From positions 85,870,001-85,934,000 of the forward strand of contig OZ024742.1 in assembly GCA_964016885.1 (NCBI GenBank): DNA of 64,000 bases, in the 5' to 3' direction. Source of the stretch: Eledone cirrhosa (lineage: Eukaryota). The notes below the pieces were generated by a model. The model was not told the origin of the DNA. It saw only the letters and a program-made list of their open reading frames with translations, and did not search any database. This document shows positions 41,141 to 56,795 of the stretch, one piece after another; the stretch's first letter is position 1; each line of letters begins with the position of its first letter. A program made the translations under genes and the position numbers.

Positions 41141-41549
41141 GTAACTAGCAGATGGAATGAATGATAGTAAGAGGTACAAGGAGAGAGAAAGGGGGAGAGA
41201 GAAAGAGGATAGCAGTAAGGGAAGAGGAAGAGACAGGTCACAGCTGATGGCCAGAAGCTCACTGGCGACGGAGATTTATAATCAATCAAATTATATTTCA
41301 GCACTAAACCAGAACTCTCTCCATCCCTTTTTCTTGACCATTAACATTTGTTTGGCACCACATACTCTAAATGGCTAAAAAAAAATTACAAAATACGGGC
41401 ACGAAATGTAATGTACTTGTTCACGTGAGAGTCAAAATTTCATGTATAACCAATCAATTTACATTTATAAAAAAAGCCTTCAAGTGCCACTTTTTTAAAG
41501 TAAAAAGAAATTTAAACACAAACTGGCGGGAAACCTGATGTGCTTATTC

Positions 41550-42140
<591 letters not shown>

Positions 42141-42155
42141 CATATTAGAAAGTGA

Positions 42156-42327
<172 letters not shown>

Positions 42328-42414
42328 CGTACGTTATTCCGGGTTGAATCGGAGGTAACCACAGTAAGTAAGGTACTCAATACATTGCAGAGTATAAAAG
42401 TTTTAATATAGATG

Positions 42415-42465
42415 AGATTCTACAGGACTAGAACTGTTTCATTCTTTAGAAATCATCAGGAATCT
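42415..42465 (-). ncRNA. Type I hammerhead ribozyme (outer PLE, 3' pLTR)
   Basis: AGATTC-CTGATGA-TTTCTAAAGAAT-GAAA-CAG..CTG-TA-GAATCT on the minus strand. Confidence 0.85.
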
Positions 42466-43116
42466 GGGTATCAAAAAATAAGTATGGTATTTATACAAAT
42501 GGTAGGAGAGGGTGGGGAGTGGGATGGGTGTAGGTCATTGGTTGATAGAAGAGGGAATTCATTAAAAGCTAATTCTACAAAGCTATAGTTTATTTTTATT
42601 TTTATTTTTATTTATTTTTGTTTTTAGAGTAACAAAGGCAGACAGAATTCTATAAACAGGTTCAGGATGGCATGCCATTCCTTATTATTAAGTTTCTCTT
42701 AAGCTAACAGGTGTCTATAAGATCAGTGGGGGGTCAGTCATGGTAGATAGATTTAAAGGAAAGGGAGATTCTTTAATAGCTAAAATCATTAAGGTTCTAC
42801 TAAGTGACAAAGGTTTAGAGAATTCTGTAGACAAATTCAGAATATTAAGTGCATATCTTACAATTATCCTCAAATTACTCTTAAACTATTCAACTATATG
42901 CCAAAAAACAACAGACACATTCACAAGACACACTCACTAACACACTCGCGCGCACCCATAAACACACATACACAGACACACATATACACAGACACACATA
43001 TAAATATATTTATATATATAAATATAAACATACATGCATACACATACATACACACACACACACATATGTACACATATACATATATATATATACATATATA
43101 CATATATATACACACA

Positions 43117-43167
<51 letters not shown>

Positions 43168-43402
43168 CATATACACACATACATATATAAAAATACATAC
43201 ATAAAAACATATATACACATACACATACACACACACGCACACACACACACACATACATATATATATACATATACACACACACACACACACACACATGTAC
43301 ACATATATAAGGAAAAATTGAACGGGAACAAAACAGAGGGGCAGAACAAACAAATGTTTATTGATTTCACGCTCTTGAGAGTGGGGTCACACATACACAC
43401 AC

Positions 43403-43438
<36 letters not shown>

Positions 43439-43463
43439 GTACACCATACATACATATATTCAT

Positions 43464-43518
<55 letters not shown>

Positions 43519-43573
43519 TAAACAAATAATGAATAAACAATGAAACAGTTCCTTATATTAAACAAAAAAAGTT

Positions 43574-43723
43574 CACTATTTAACGATCGTTTCTAGGATA
43601 TATATGTGTTAGAATTGGCATGCATATTCAACAGATCTATGTACAAAATTATACAAAATTATACAAACTATCAAGATTAAATATACATACCAACACATAT
43701 ATATGCCGTCTTCAGAAATAATG
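43574..43723 (-). ncRNA. Hammerhead ribozyme with 115-nt stem II (mirror of 50241-50390)
   Basis: Reverse complement of the motif at 50241-50390. Confidence 0.75.
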
Positions 43724-44357
43724 AAATATATTTATTGATAATAACAACAATTCAAACTTTCAGGTCCGTTTGGGAACAAAATTGACCAATGAAAATACAA
43801 AAGGTTTAATGCAGTTCGGAGTGTGTATATACATGTAACTACCCTTACACATATTTTACAAAAATGTATGCACAACTTGTATACGCATACAAAAAGGATG
43901 GATGCAAATACAAAATTTCAAGGTTAATGTCTCTGTAAGTTTATAATGCACAGATAAGATGCGTATAGACACATAAATATGAAATAAGTGTATACATATA
44001 TTGTCATACTAACACATATCCGTACAATCACACATACACGCGCGTATATGCATAAACATACACATAAACTACGAACATACAAACACACACACACCCCCAC
44101 TCACATATATATATGTGGATATAAAATCTTAAGCACATGGATATTAATTCACTCACATAAACACTGGCACACACATTTAGATCAAGATACAGAAATTAGG
44201 TGGGAGGGGGGGGAAGAGGTCAGTATTCAACGGTTTGGGCAGACTGCTTAATATAGATGTATCTATAAACTAAGAAAATAAAAAATAATAAATAATAAAT
44301 AAACATTAAAAAGGAAAGAAAAGAAAAAGAAAAAAGAAAAAAGAAATATATCAAGAA

Positions 44358-44413
<56 letters not shown>

Positions 44414-44567
44414 CATATACACACACACACACATATATATACATACACATATACAAACACATACATACATATACACACATCCACACTTAGAACATACATA
44501 CACACACATATATAAACATATACATATACACACATACATACATATACACACATACATATAAATACAC

Positions 44568-44633
<66 letters not shown>

Positions 44634-44943
44634 TCATACATACACATATAATCACACATACTATATAGACACACATATATATACACACATACACTCACAT
44701 ATACATACACTTACATACATATATACATACAGATATACACATACATACCTATATATACACACAAATACATACAGACATATATACATACATACAGACAAAT
44801 ACTTACGCATCTATATATCGGTATATACATACAAACACCACTACACTCTCACACAACTCAGACATACAAAGAAAAAGGTATATACCTATACACATATACA
44901 TATACAAATAGAGAAACATATACATATATATACATATATATAT

Positions 44944-44994
<51 letters not shown>

Positions 44995-45188
44995 CACACA
45001 TACACACATACACATACATACACATACAAACATGTACACACACATAGATATATATACACACATACACACATACACACATACATATATAGTCATACACACA
45101 TATACACCTACACGAACATACACATACACATATATAAAGATATATATACACACACACACACACATACACACATATATATAAAAAATAA

Positions 45189-45247
<59 letters not shown>

Positions 45248-45582
45248 TACATACATATACATACACACATACATAGACATATATGTACATACATACACAT
45301 ACATAGATACATACACACACATACATACATATATATATACACACACATAGACATATACATACATACACACACAACATACATACATACATATATACTCATA
45401 CATAGAATTAGATATATAATCATACATACATACGCACTTACATATACTCATATATACAAATACATACGCATCCATATATGCGTATATACATAGAAACATC
45501 ACTACACCCTCACCCAACTCAGACATACAAAGAAAAAGGCATATACATATACATATATACACGCATTAATAGAGATATATAT

Positions 45583-45626
<44 letters not shown>

Positions 45627-45855
45627 ACTTATATACATATACCCACACACACATACAACCATAAATACACATATAAACACCCACATATACATATATATAC
45701 ACATATATATATATACACACACATAAAAAACAGACATGCACATATATATATTTTTTTACACATATATATACACATATATATACATATACACACCCTCACA
45801 TATACACACATACACATAAGTTATATTATAATAATAAATAATATATATATATATA

Positions 45856-45905
<50 letters not shown>

Positions 45906-46151
45906 CACATACGAATATAGACATATATACACACATAGATACATATATATATATATATACACATACATATACACACACACACATATACACATTCACATAT
46001 ATATGTGTGTGCACACACACATATAGACATAAACACATATATGTGTATACATGCACACACCCACATATATCCACATAGATACGAAGATAGAATATAAATA
46101 GAGAGACATACATATATATACACACACACATATACATACATACATACACAC

Positions 46152-46204
<53 letters not shown>

Positions 46205-47517
46205 CAGACATACACATACACACATATATACACATGCATATATACACATATACACATACATACACACATATATATATACACACACAATCTTACATTCATA
46301 TTTGCATGCGCATATATGTATTTTTATATTCAGATATAAATACCCAAACATATATACACCTACCTACATATATATTCATACATACACGCTTACAAACACA
46401 GATGATAATAGTATGGGGGAAAGGGGGGGGGGGGGGGGGTTGGAGAAGGGGAATATAGTAAATATATGTTTCAAGAAACATAGAATATTATCCGTATCTA
46501 GATTCAATGTATGTTTTTACATAGTTTCAGTGTTAGGAAATATAATAAACAAGAAATAAGGCAAAATTTATGCATTTCAAAATAAATAAGTATACCATTA
46601 ATTATATGTTAACTAAACTAAAGATAGTTAACATATTGATTTCTAAGGTGTAAATTAGTTAGGTTTATAATATTTGAAGCAGAATTTTGAAGTTAAATAG
46701 TAGTAGAGTATTAATTATATTATAACTAAATTAAAGTTAATAACGTTATGGTATCAATATTAGGAAATGAATTTAGTAATAGGGAAAAAACAAATAAAGT
46801 ATTACATCGGTAGTAGAATATAAATTATAGGTTAACTAAATTAAAAATTATATATTTATTTCTATAGTATATGTTAATTAGGTATATAATAAATAAAACA
46901 GATATTGTATTTTATCAATAGCAGAATATAATTATATGCAAATAGAAATCAAAATGAATACATATACATATACATATACATACACATATATATATACATA
47001 TATATACATATATATATACATATATACACATATACACACGCACACACATACACATACACATATACATATACATATTTTTTCAAAAATTGCAAAGAATATA
47101 TTAACTAGGTATATATCCAAAACACATCCCATTCTATGATTACATGACATTCTGCAATTCGTCTGTATAAGGATACTAATTTTAAGCCAATTAAATTAAA
47201 TTTTTAGGTTGATTAAAATTAAAACCAAATTATAAATATATTTCTAAAATGTATATTAATTAGGTCTATAATACTAAAAATTATTTCTCTGTCATTGGAT
47301 ACACGATATTTTGTTATATTTTATCTGTAAAAGAATTATAATAAATTAAAATTAATCTATAAATTAAATTACTAAGTATATATTAGTAATATTTAAAGGT
47401 TTTTCACAATTTATGATTACATAATATTTTATATTCTCATCTGTAATAGAATTTTAATTAAATTAAATTTATAGGTTAACTAACATTTAAATTAAATTAA
47501 TTTCTAAAATAATGTTA

Positions 47518-49200
47518 TTAATTAGGTTTATAATATTTAAATGTTTTTTTTAGTTTATGATTACACGATATAATTAATTCCTGTCGTTTATTTAATAGGA
47601 TATCCTTAGATTTCATTATTTCAAATAGTTCTTGGGAACATAATCTACATTCATTTCTATTATTTTGATAAGGGGTGGCTCTTTTGAGCACACTCCAGGT
47701 CAAATCATATTCTATATTCTTATTTTTATAACTATTGATTTTTTTCTGCTAGAGATGTTGTATTAGCCAGTGCGGCATTTTTAAAACTATGCTTGTGGGT
47801 ATTAAACCTTGTCTTAAAATTGTTAGAGGTAGCTCCTATATATGAGCAAATAGAATCTTTAGTTTTAACATTACATTTATAGACTATGTTGTTAACAAGA
47901 CAATTCCCTTTTAATGGGCAGTTTGCTTTGTTTCTACAGTTACAACCTTTCGTTAATTCTGTATTTGAGGAGATATTATGGTTAATTTGTTGTACTGGTG
48001 GTATACTTATGGTTTTCTTACATTTATATGCATTATAGGCACTTATATTTTGTTTTATGTTATTTGTTGTAGAGTATGAGAATTTAACTGTAGACCTATT
48101 TAAGATTTGATGGTATTTGTGGTTTGGCGGGAAGTTTTTCTCTAGGATATAAAAAAATTTTTTAGCAATATTATCCTTAATTTGTAAATTAAATGGAGCA
48201 TTATACCAAGTAACCCGTCTATTACGGTTTCTATGTTGTTTATTATTTTTATTATTTTTATAGGTTGTATCGTGATTTTTACTAGGAGGATTAATGTTAA
48301 TGATCTCACCACAACCATTTTTAGTTATATTTGTAGATTTAGGTGTTTTATCCTTTTTATTAGGAGTTTTATTATTAATATTTATTAGAGTTGTATGATA
48401 AGTAGTTTTTTGAGAGTTACTATACTTTATATTAGAAGATTTGGTATTTTGGGGTATAGTGTGGGTGGCATTTAGGTGTGTACTTTTCATTTGGTGTTTG
48501 TTGGTAATATTAGGTTGTATGCTTTCAGTATTTTTAGTAGAAGGTATATATTCTAATCTATTTTTGTGGCCACTTCTATCTAGAGCTTCGTTATAGAAGG
48601 TCGCATTTTTATCAAACACATCTTGGTTAGAAGAAAGGTTAGAAATTCTAAGTGATATATTATATGCAAGGTTTTTAAGGATAGATTTAGGGTGATTAGA
48701 TTGTGAGTGTATGTAATGTAAGTTTTGGTTTGGTTTATGGTAAGGTTGGTAGATACCCGTAGCTAAATCTAAAGTTATATCTAGGAAATTTACTACTTTA
48801 CTTGTTTTTTCAAAAGTAATATTAAGATTATAATAGTCTTTAAGGAAAGTTCTAATATGTTTTTTGTTTTTTTCAATTTCTGAAAGGCTAAGGTTGTTAG
48901 AAAGAAGAAGACAGTCATCACGATATAAACCACCTTTGAGGTGGGGAAAGGAGGCATTTATGTTGAAAAGGAGAAAGAGGCCCACAAGATCAGTAATTTG
49001 GGCGGAATCGCTTGAACCCATAGTAATATCAAATAGATTACTATATGTGTTTCTGGTCCAGTATTCATTCTGAAATTCAATAAGTGTTAGTCTAGCATGT
49101 GTAATAATATTAATGTCATCCAAAGTTAAGTTAGATCTATTTTTAGCAAATATCAATGCTTTGTTCAGGAGTATAGGTGATATAGAAGAATAGTAATTAT
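47518..49200 (-). pseudogene. PLE RT (5'-truncated) + GIY-YIG, one frameshift near 47735
   Basis: FDITMGSSDSAQITDLVG, GGLYRDD, SNHP, WYNAPF, CNCRNKANCPLKGNC, YIGATSNNFKTRFNTH, CRLCSQE, CNH. Confidence 0.92.
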
Positions 49201-49347
49201 CTATATCTGTATGTATTTGTGTGTATATATAGGTATGTATGTGTATATCTGTATGTATATATGTATGTAAGTGTATGTATATGTGAGTGTATGTGTGTAT
49301 ATATATGTGTGTCTATATAGTATGTGTGATTATATGTGTATGTATGA

Positions 49348-49405
<58 letters not shown>

Positions 49406-49559
49406 GTGTATTTATATGTATGTGTGTATATGTATGTATGTGTGTATATGTATATGTTTATATATGTGTGTGTATGTATGTTCTAAGTGTGGAATTGTGT
49501 ATATGTATGTATGTGTTTGTATATGTGTATGTATATATATGTGTGTGTGTGTGTATATG

Positions 49560-49605
<46 letters not shown>

Positions 49606-50240
49606 CTTGATATATTTCTTTTTTATTTTTTATTTTTTCTTTTCTTTCCTTTTTAATGTTTATTTATTATTTATTATTTTTTATTTTCTTAGTTTATAGA
49701 TACATCTATATTAAGCAGTCTGCCCAAACCGTTGAATACTGACCTCTTCCCCCCCCCCTCCCACCTAATTTCTGTATCTTGATCTAAATGTGTGTGCCAG
49801 TGTTTATGTGAGTGAATTAATATCGATGTGCTTAAGATTTTATATCCACATATATATATGTGAGTGGGGGTGTGTGTGTGTTTGTATGTTCGTAGTTTAT
49901 GTGTATGTTTATGCATATACGCGCGTGTATGTGTGATTGTACGGATATGTGTTAGTATGAAAATATGTGTATACACTTATTTCATATTTATGTGTCTATA
50001 CGCATCTTATCTGTGCATTATAAACTTACAGAGACATTAACCTTGAAATGTTGTATTTGCATCCATCCTTTTTGTATGCGTATACAAGTTGTGCATACAT
50101 TTTTGTAAAATATGTGTAAGGGTAGTTACATGTATATACACACACCGAACTGCATTAAACCTTTTGTATTTTCATTGGTCAATTTTGTTCCCAAACGGAC
50201 CTGAAAGTTTGAATTGTTGTTATTATCAATAAATATATTT

Positions 50241-50390
50241 CATTATTTCTGAAGACGGCATATATATGTGTTGGTATGTATATTTAATCTTGATAGTTTG
50301 TATAATTTTGTATAATTTTGTACATAGATCTGTTGAATATGCATGCCAATTCTAACACATATATATCCTAGAAACGATCGTTAAATAGTG
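50241..50390 (+). ncRNA. Hammerhead ribozyme with 115-nt rod-like stem II
   Basis: CATTATTT-CTGAAGA-[50256-50370]-GAAA-CGATCG palindrome-TT-AAATAGTG. Confidence 0.75.
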
Positions 50391-50585
50391 AACTTTTTTT
50401 GTTTAATATAAGGAACTGTTTCATTGTTTATTCATTATTTGTTTAATATTTTATCTTGACTCTGTATACCGTTTATCTTTCACCGAAAGTGATTTTTCAT
50501 TACATCTCTTCTTTCCATGATATCCGGAATACATTGAGTTCTTCATACGGATTGGACACTACCGTAAACTCTTGGTAGATTTATC

Positions 50586-50651
<66 letters not shown>

Positions 50652-50739
50652 CATACACATATATAAACACACACATACATACACATACACTCATATATAC
50701 AAATATACATACACATATACATACACATATCTATCTATA

Positions 50740-50775
<36 letters not shown>

Positions 50776-50920
50776 TATATACACATATATACACATATAC
50801 ATACATATACCCACCCACATATACATACAAATACATATACACACACAAAAATACATACATATATACATATATATACACACACATATATACACATACATAC
50901 ACATACACATACACAAACGT

Positions 50921-50969
<49 letters not shown>

Positions 50970-50977
50970 CACATATA

Positions 50978-51017
<40 letters not shown>

Positions 51018-51369
51018 CATATACACATACATACACACATATACACATACACACACATATACACATACACATATATACATATATATACATATACACATAT
51101 ATATATATATATATACATATACATACATATACACACACACACACACACACGCACACACGTCCACACATATATACATATACACATACACATACATATATAC
51201 ACACACATATATATATACATATATATATATACATATATATATACATATATATACATATATATACATATATATATATGTATACACATACATACACATACAT
51301 GCACATACACATACACACACACACATACATATATACATACATATGTACACACACACACACACACATACG

Positions 51370-51412
<43 letters not shown>

Positions 51413-51547
51413 TTATACATACATATACACACACATATACATACATACATATACACACATACACACATACACATACACACATATATATATACACACATAT
51501 ATATATATATATATATATAAAAAATATAAAAAAATACACACATATAT

Positions 51548-51613
<66 letters not shown>

Positions 51614-51673
51614 ATACATACATACATATACATACATACATATACACATACATATACATACATACATATACAC

Positions 51674-51729
<56 letters not shown>

Positions 51730-52162
51730 CTATATATATATATATACACATATATACACATATATATATATACATATACATACACATATACACATATATA
51801 CACATATATATATATATATATATATACATATACATACACATATACACACATACACACATACATATATATACACACATACACACACATACACCCATATACA
51901 CATGTGCACACACACACATACATATACATACATATACATACACATACATACACACACATACACACACAAATATATACACATACAAATAAATAAGTACTCA
52001 ATAAATATACGCATATACGCAGGCACATAAAAACACCTCTACAGGCAGAAAATGTAGATAGGTAAGAGGTACTCACATAACCATAGTGGCCGTATTTCAG
52101 GTTGAGGAGGGGTGGGGGTAGGGTGGGAAGGAGGTATAGGGGCCAATAGGAGGAGGTCGTTT

Positions 52163-53358
52163 TTAGCCATCGGGCTTTAACACTGGCTTAAAATGTTTGA
52201 AAGTTGCAAAATTCTTGTGCATGGAGTTCGGGCAGTGTTCAGAGAGTTTGTTCAGTAGCGGGCCCTTGGCGAATAGAATTTCGTAGCTCTCTGAAATACA
52301 AAGGTCGCAGCCCGTGTGTCCTCCGTCGTAAGAGCGCGCTTTCTGGAGTATTTTCCATTTAAGCGTGAAGGGGTGGAGTTCCTTTTGAGGTCCCAAACAT
52401 AGGAGGCGAGTGTTGTCTGGTTTGATTTGTCCGGTCTTCTGAAGGAGTAGGTATATGGGCATACCAACGGGTCTTAAAGTTGTTGGAGGTCATGCCGATG
52501 TAAGTTTTTTTGCAATCATCGGTGCCTGAGATGACATCGCATTTGTATACGATATCATTTGTGAGGCATTTCTTTTCAAGTGGGCACGCCTCCTTATTTA
52601 GGCAATTACACAGAGCCCCAGTCCGGGGATTGGGTTCGGAGGTGGTTGGCTTATTTATTTTTTTAGAATTGTGGTTGGCTATATTCCTAGCTAGGTTAGG
52701 TGTGGTGGAGTAGGAGAGTCTTATTGTGTTCTTATTAAAGATGGTGTGGTACCTATGTTGTATGGGGAAGTGTAATTTCAGCAAAGTGAAGAAAATCCTA
52801 GCTCTCGGAGTAGAGACCTCTCTATTGAAGGGAGGGTTGTACCAGCTAATCTGCCTATGTCTATTCCTCCTCTGCAATCTTGCGGTGGTTTCTAGGTATG
52901 TTATCTATTCTTTAAATCCGCTACGGGCGAGGGCGTCATTGTAGAAGGAGGCAGATGCGTTAAAAATATCTTTGTTGGCGGAGAGGCCGGATATTCTCAT
53001 AGAGACGCCTTTTACTAGGTTATCAGTGATGTTTGTGGGTGGTTTGAATTAACATTAATATATTTAAGGGACTCATTAGGTTTGTGGTACGGGTAATAGA
53101 GGGAAGTATCTAGGTCGAGAGTGACATCTAAGAAGTTCGCCCTAGTCAAATTAGATTCTATAGTTATACTAAATACTAGATTAGAGAAGAATGAGCTTAA
53201 GTTTTTCCGAAAGCCATCGGTGGTTCTGGGGCTAACCATATGCAGGGCGAAGAGGCAGTCGTCTCGGTATAAGCCTCCCGTTAGGCCGGTAAAGAGGTTC
53301 TTCAGGTGATGTAGGATGTAAAGGCACACAAGGTCGCTAATTTCAGCCGAGTCACTCG
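52163..53358 (-). pseudogene. PLE RT C-terminal half + GIY-YIG, frameshifted
   Basis: GGLYRDDCLF, NFLDVTLDL, SNHP, WYNPPF, CNCLNKEACPLEKKC, YIGMTSNNFKTRWYAH, CDLCISE. Confidence 0.9.
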
Positions 53359-53460
53359 CTATGTATTTATATATATATATATATGTATATATATATACAT
53401 ATATGTATATATATATGTATATGTGTGTTTCTTATTGGCAACATGACCCTCCCAAAGTAT

Positions 53461-53529
<69 letters not shown>

Positions 53530-53566
53530 TATATGTGTGTGTATGAATATATGTATGTATGGTGTA

Positions 53567-53647
<81 letters not shown>

Positions 53648-53900
53648 ATGTGTGACCCCACTGTCAAGAGCGTGAAATCAATAAACATTTTTTTGTTCTG
53701 CCCCTCTGTTTTGTTCCCGTTCATTTTTTCCTTATATATGTGTATATGTGTGTGTGCGTGTATATATATATATATATATATGTATATGTATGTGTGTGTG
53801 TGTGCGTGTGTGTGTGTGTATGTGTATGTGTATATATGTTTTTATGTATGTATTTTTATATATGTATGTGTGTATATGTATGTATATATATATATATATA

Positions 53901-53956
<56 letters not shown>

Positions 53957-54629
53957 CATGTGTGTATATATATATGTATATATGTATATATATATGTATA
54001 TATATATGTATATGTGTACATATGTGTGTATGTGTGTGTGTGTGTATGTATGTGTATGTATGTATGTGTATATTTATATATATAAATATATTTATATGTG
54101 TGTCTGTGTATATGTGTGTCTGTGTATGTGTGTTTATGGGTGCGCGCGAGTGTGTTAGTGAGTGTGTCTTGTGAATGTGTCTGCTGTTTTTTGGCATATA
54201 GTTGAATAGTTTAAGAGTAATTTGAGGATAATTGTAAGATATGCACTTAATATTCTGAATTTGTCTACAGAATTCTCTAAACCTTTGTCACTTAGTAGAA
54301 CCTTAATGATTTTAGCTATTAAAGAATCTCCCTTTCCTTTAAGTCTATCTACCATGACTGATCCCCCACTGATCTTATAGACACCTGTTAGCTTAAGAGA
54401 AACTTAATAATTAGGAATGGCATGCCATCCTGAACCTGTTTATAGAATTCTGTCTGCCTTTGTTACTCTAAAAACAAAAATAAATAAAAATAAAAATAAA
54501 AATAAACTATAGCTTTGTAGAATTAGCTTTTAATGAATTCCCTCTTCTATCAACCAATGACATACACCCATCCCACTCCCCACCCTCTCCTACCAATTGT
54601 ATAAATACCATACTTATTTTTTGATACCC

Positions 54630-54680
54630 AGATTCCTGATGATTTCTAATGAATGAAACAGTTCTAGTCCTGTAGAATCT
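54630..54680 (+). ncRNA. Type I hammerhead ribozyme (outer PLE, inverted pLTR)
   Basis: AGATTC-CTGATGA-TTTCTAATGAAT-GAAA-CAGTTCTAGTCCTG-TA-GAATCT. Confidence 0.85.
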
Positions 54681-54715
54681 CATCTATATTAAAACATATA
54701 TATATATATATATAT

Positions 54716-55397
54716 ATATAACATTCTTATATACATATCTATAGATGGTAAATAGTTCGGTAGTCTTACATTTGCCATCAACAATGATTAAAATACACCA
54801 CTCAAGAATATACGAGGTGCAAAAGGAGCTGGCTGAAGTGTAAACCGAGCATGTGAGCTCTGTAGATTTCAAATCGATATAGCACTGTACCGGGGTCGTT
54901 TTTCATGATGTTTCTAGAATATAGTAAAATGTGATTGCATCAACCAACTAAACTTCACTCATATATGAAAAAGCAATCTGAGGCCCCCTTTTTGTGAAGG
55001 CAAATATAATAAGAACTTTGTAAGGCGAACTGGCACGAAATGTATTATACTTATTCACATGACAGTCATCAACCAACCAAATTACTCCTCTAAAAACCAA
55101 GTATTTCGAGCCTGTTTTTAACATATAAAACAGAAGTAACATTCGTGCACCAAACATATGTGAGAAAAACCACAAACCCTCCATCTCAGTTCTACTTTTG
55201 AAAAGCACAAGACCTGCGAAACCGGTAAAGGAACCAAATAAATATATATATATTTTTTTTTAAGACTCCAGTTGCATTTTCGATATCATCTTCTTTCCTT
55301 ATACTTTCACTCCTGTAGGACACTTCGTTTCTTTTTTCTTTTCTAGAATAACCTCACTTTCTAATATATGTATATATATATATATATTAGAAAGTGA

Positions 55398-55401
<4 letters not shown>
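54716..55401 (+). repeat. Repeat unit B+A; B recurs at 63919-64000 and A at 41550-42030
   Basis: ATAACATTCTTATATACATATCTA..GATGGTAAATA..GTAGTCTTACATTTGCCATCAACAATGATTAAAATACA occurs at 54719 and 63921. Confidence 0.85.
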
Positions 55402-55489
<88 letters not shown>

Positions 55490-55989
55490 TAAAATGAGTC
55501 CTTCATCAGTGATTTTCCAACTTTCATTGGTATTTCATCGCTTTAAAAATCAACTACCTCTAGTTGGTGCGAGCAATAGCTAAATAAAGCTATTGGGACA
55601 AGTAATATAGCGTAAAGCGAGCGAGACAAGTAAACAAACAGGCATGGTATTGCAACGGAAAGATAAGAAGAAACAAGCACATGATATCTATTCAGCTTAA
55701 ACTGTGTGAATTTCAAGGGCGAGAGAGATATACTGACAATCCGACATGGCTGAGGCGTGAGTTAGAAAGGACCCCACACAGGCCAAATGTGAGAAAGTGA
55801 GAGAGGGAGAAGCAGAGAGTGAGTGAGTGGAAGAACGAGGAAGAGGCCAGTCGAGAGAAAGTGTGACTGACAGAGGGGCGAAAGAAGGTGAGAGATACAG
55901 AGAGAGGGGGGAAGTAGTAAGAAAGTAAAAGACAAACCCAGCTGAGGAAAAATATTTATATATATAAATATGTATATATATATATATAA

Positions 55990-56029
<40 letters not shown>

Positions 56030-56032
56030 TAT

Positions 56033-56075
<43 letters not shown>

Positions 56076-56173
56076 TATAAAATATATATATATATATATA
56101 TATAAAATATATATATAAAATATATATATATATATATATATAAAATATATATATAAAATATATATATATATAT

Positions 56174-56384
<211 letters not shown>

Positions 56385-56385
56385 A

Positions 56386-56442
<57 letters not shown>

Positions 56443-56490
56443 TGCTACTGTACGTCTGTATACATATATGCATGTACGTATACATACATA

Positions 56491-56545
<55 letters not shown>

Positions 56546-56752
56546 CGTTTATGAATTTGTTTAGCAAGATTCTTTATCTGAAAATGTGTGTTGAAACCGA
56601 TATTGTCATACTTTGGGAGGGTCGTGTTGACAATAAGAAACAAACGCACCAGTTGCTTCACTTAAATTTATTATAATAAATTTATAAATTTAGGAATTTA
56701 TAAATTTCCGGTTGGTTGGTTGGTTCCACAACCAGATGGTTGTTTATATATT

Positions 56753-56795
56753 GCCAAAGTTCTTTCGTCACACATTATGTGACCTCTTCAGTGAC
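56753..56795 (-). ncRNA. Type I minimal hammerhead ribozyme
   Basis: GTCA-CTGAAGA-GGTCACATAATGTGTGAC-GAAA-GAAC-TT-TGGC on the minus strand. Confidence 0.7.

Larger units (their letters stand above)
43510..50589 (-). mobile_element. Inner 5'-truncated Naiad-like PLE with ~4-kb microsatellite-rich 3' region and inverted pLTR
   Basis: ORF at 47518-49200 (minus). 43510-44775 is the reverse complement of 49203-50454. (TA)n at both ends. Confidence 0.85.
42328..54695 (-). mobile_element. Outer 5'-truncated Naiad-like PLE with inverted pLTR, interrupted by a nested PLE
   Basis: ORF at 52163-53358 (minus). 42400-43510 is the reverse complement of about 53465-54695. Each arm has a hammerhead. Confidence 0.8.
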
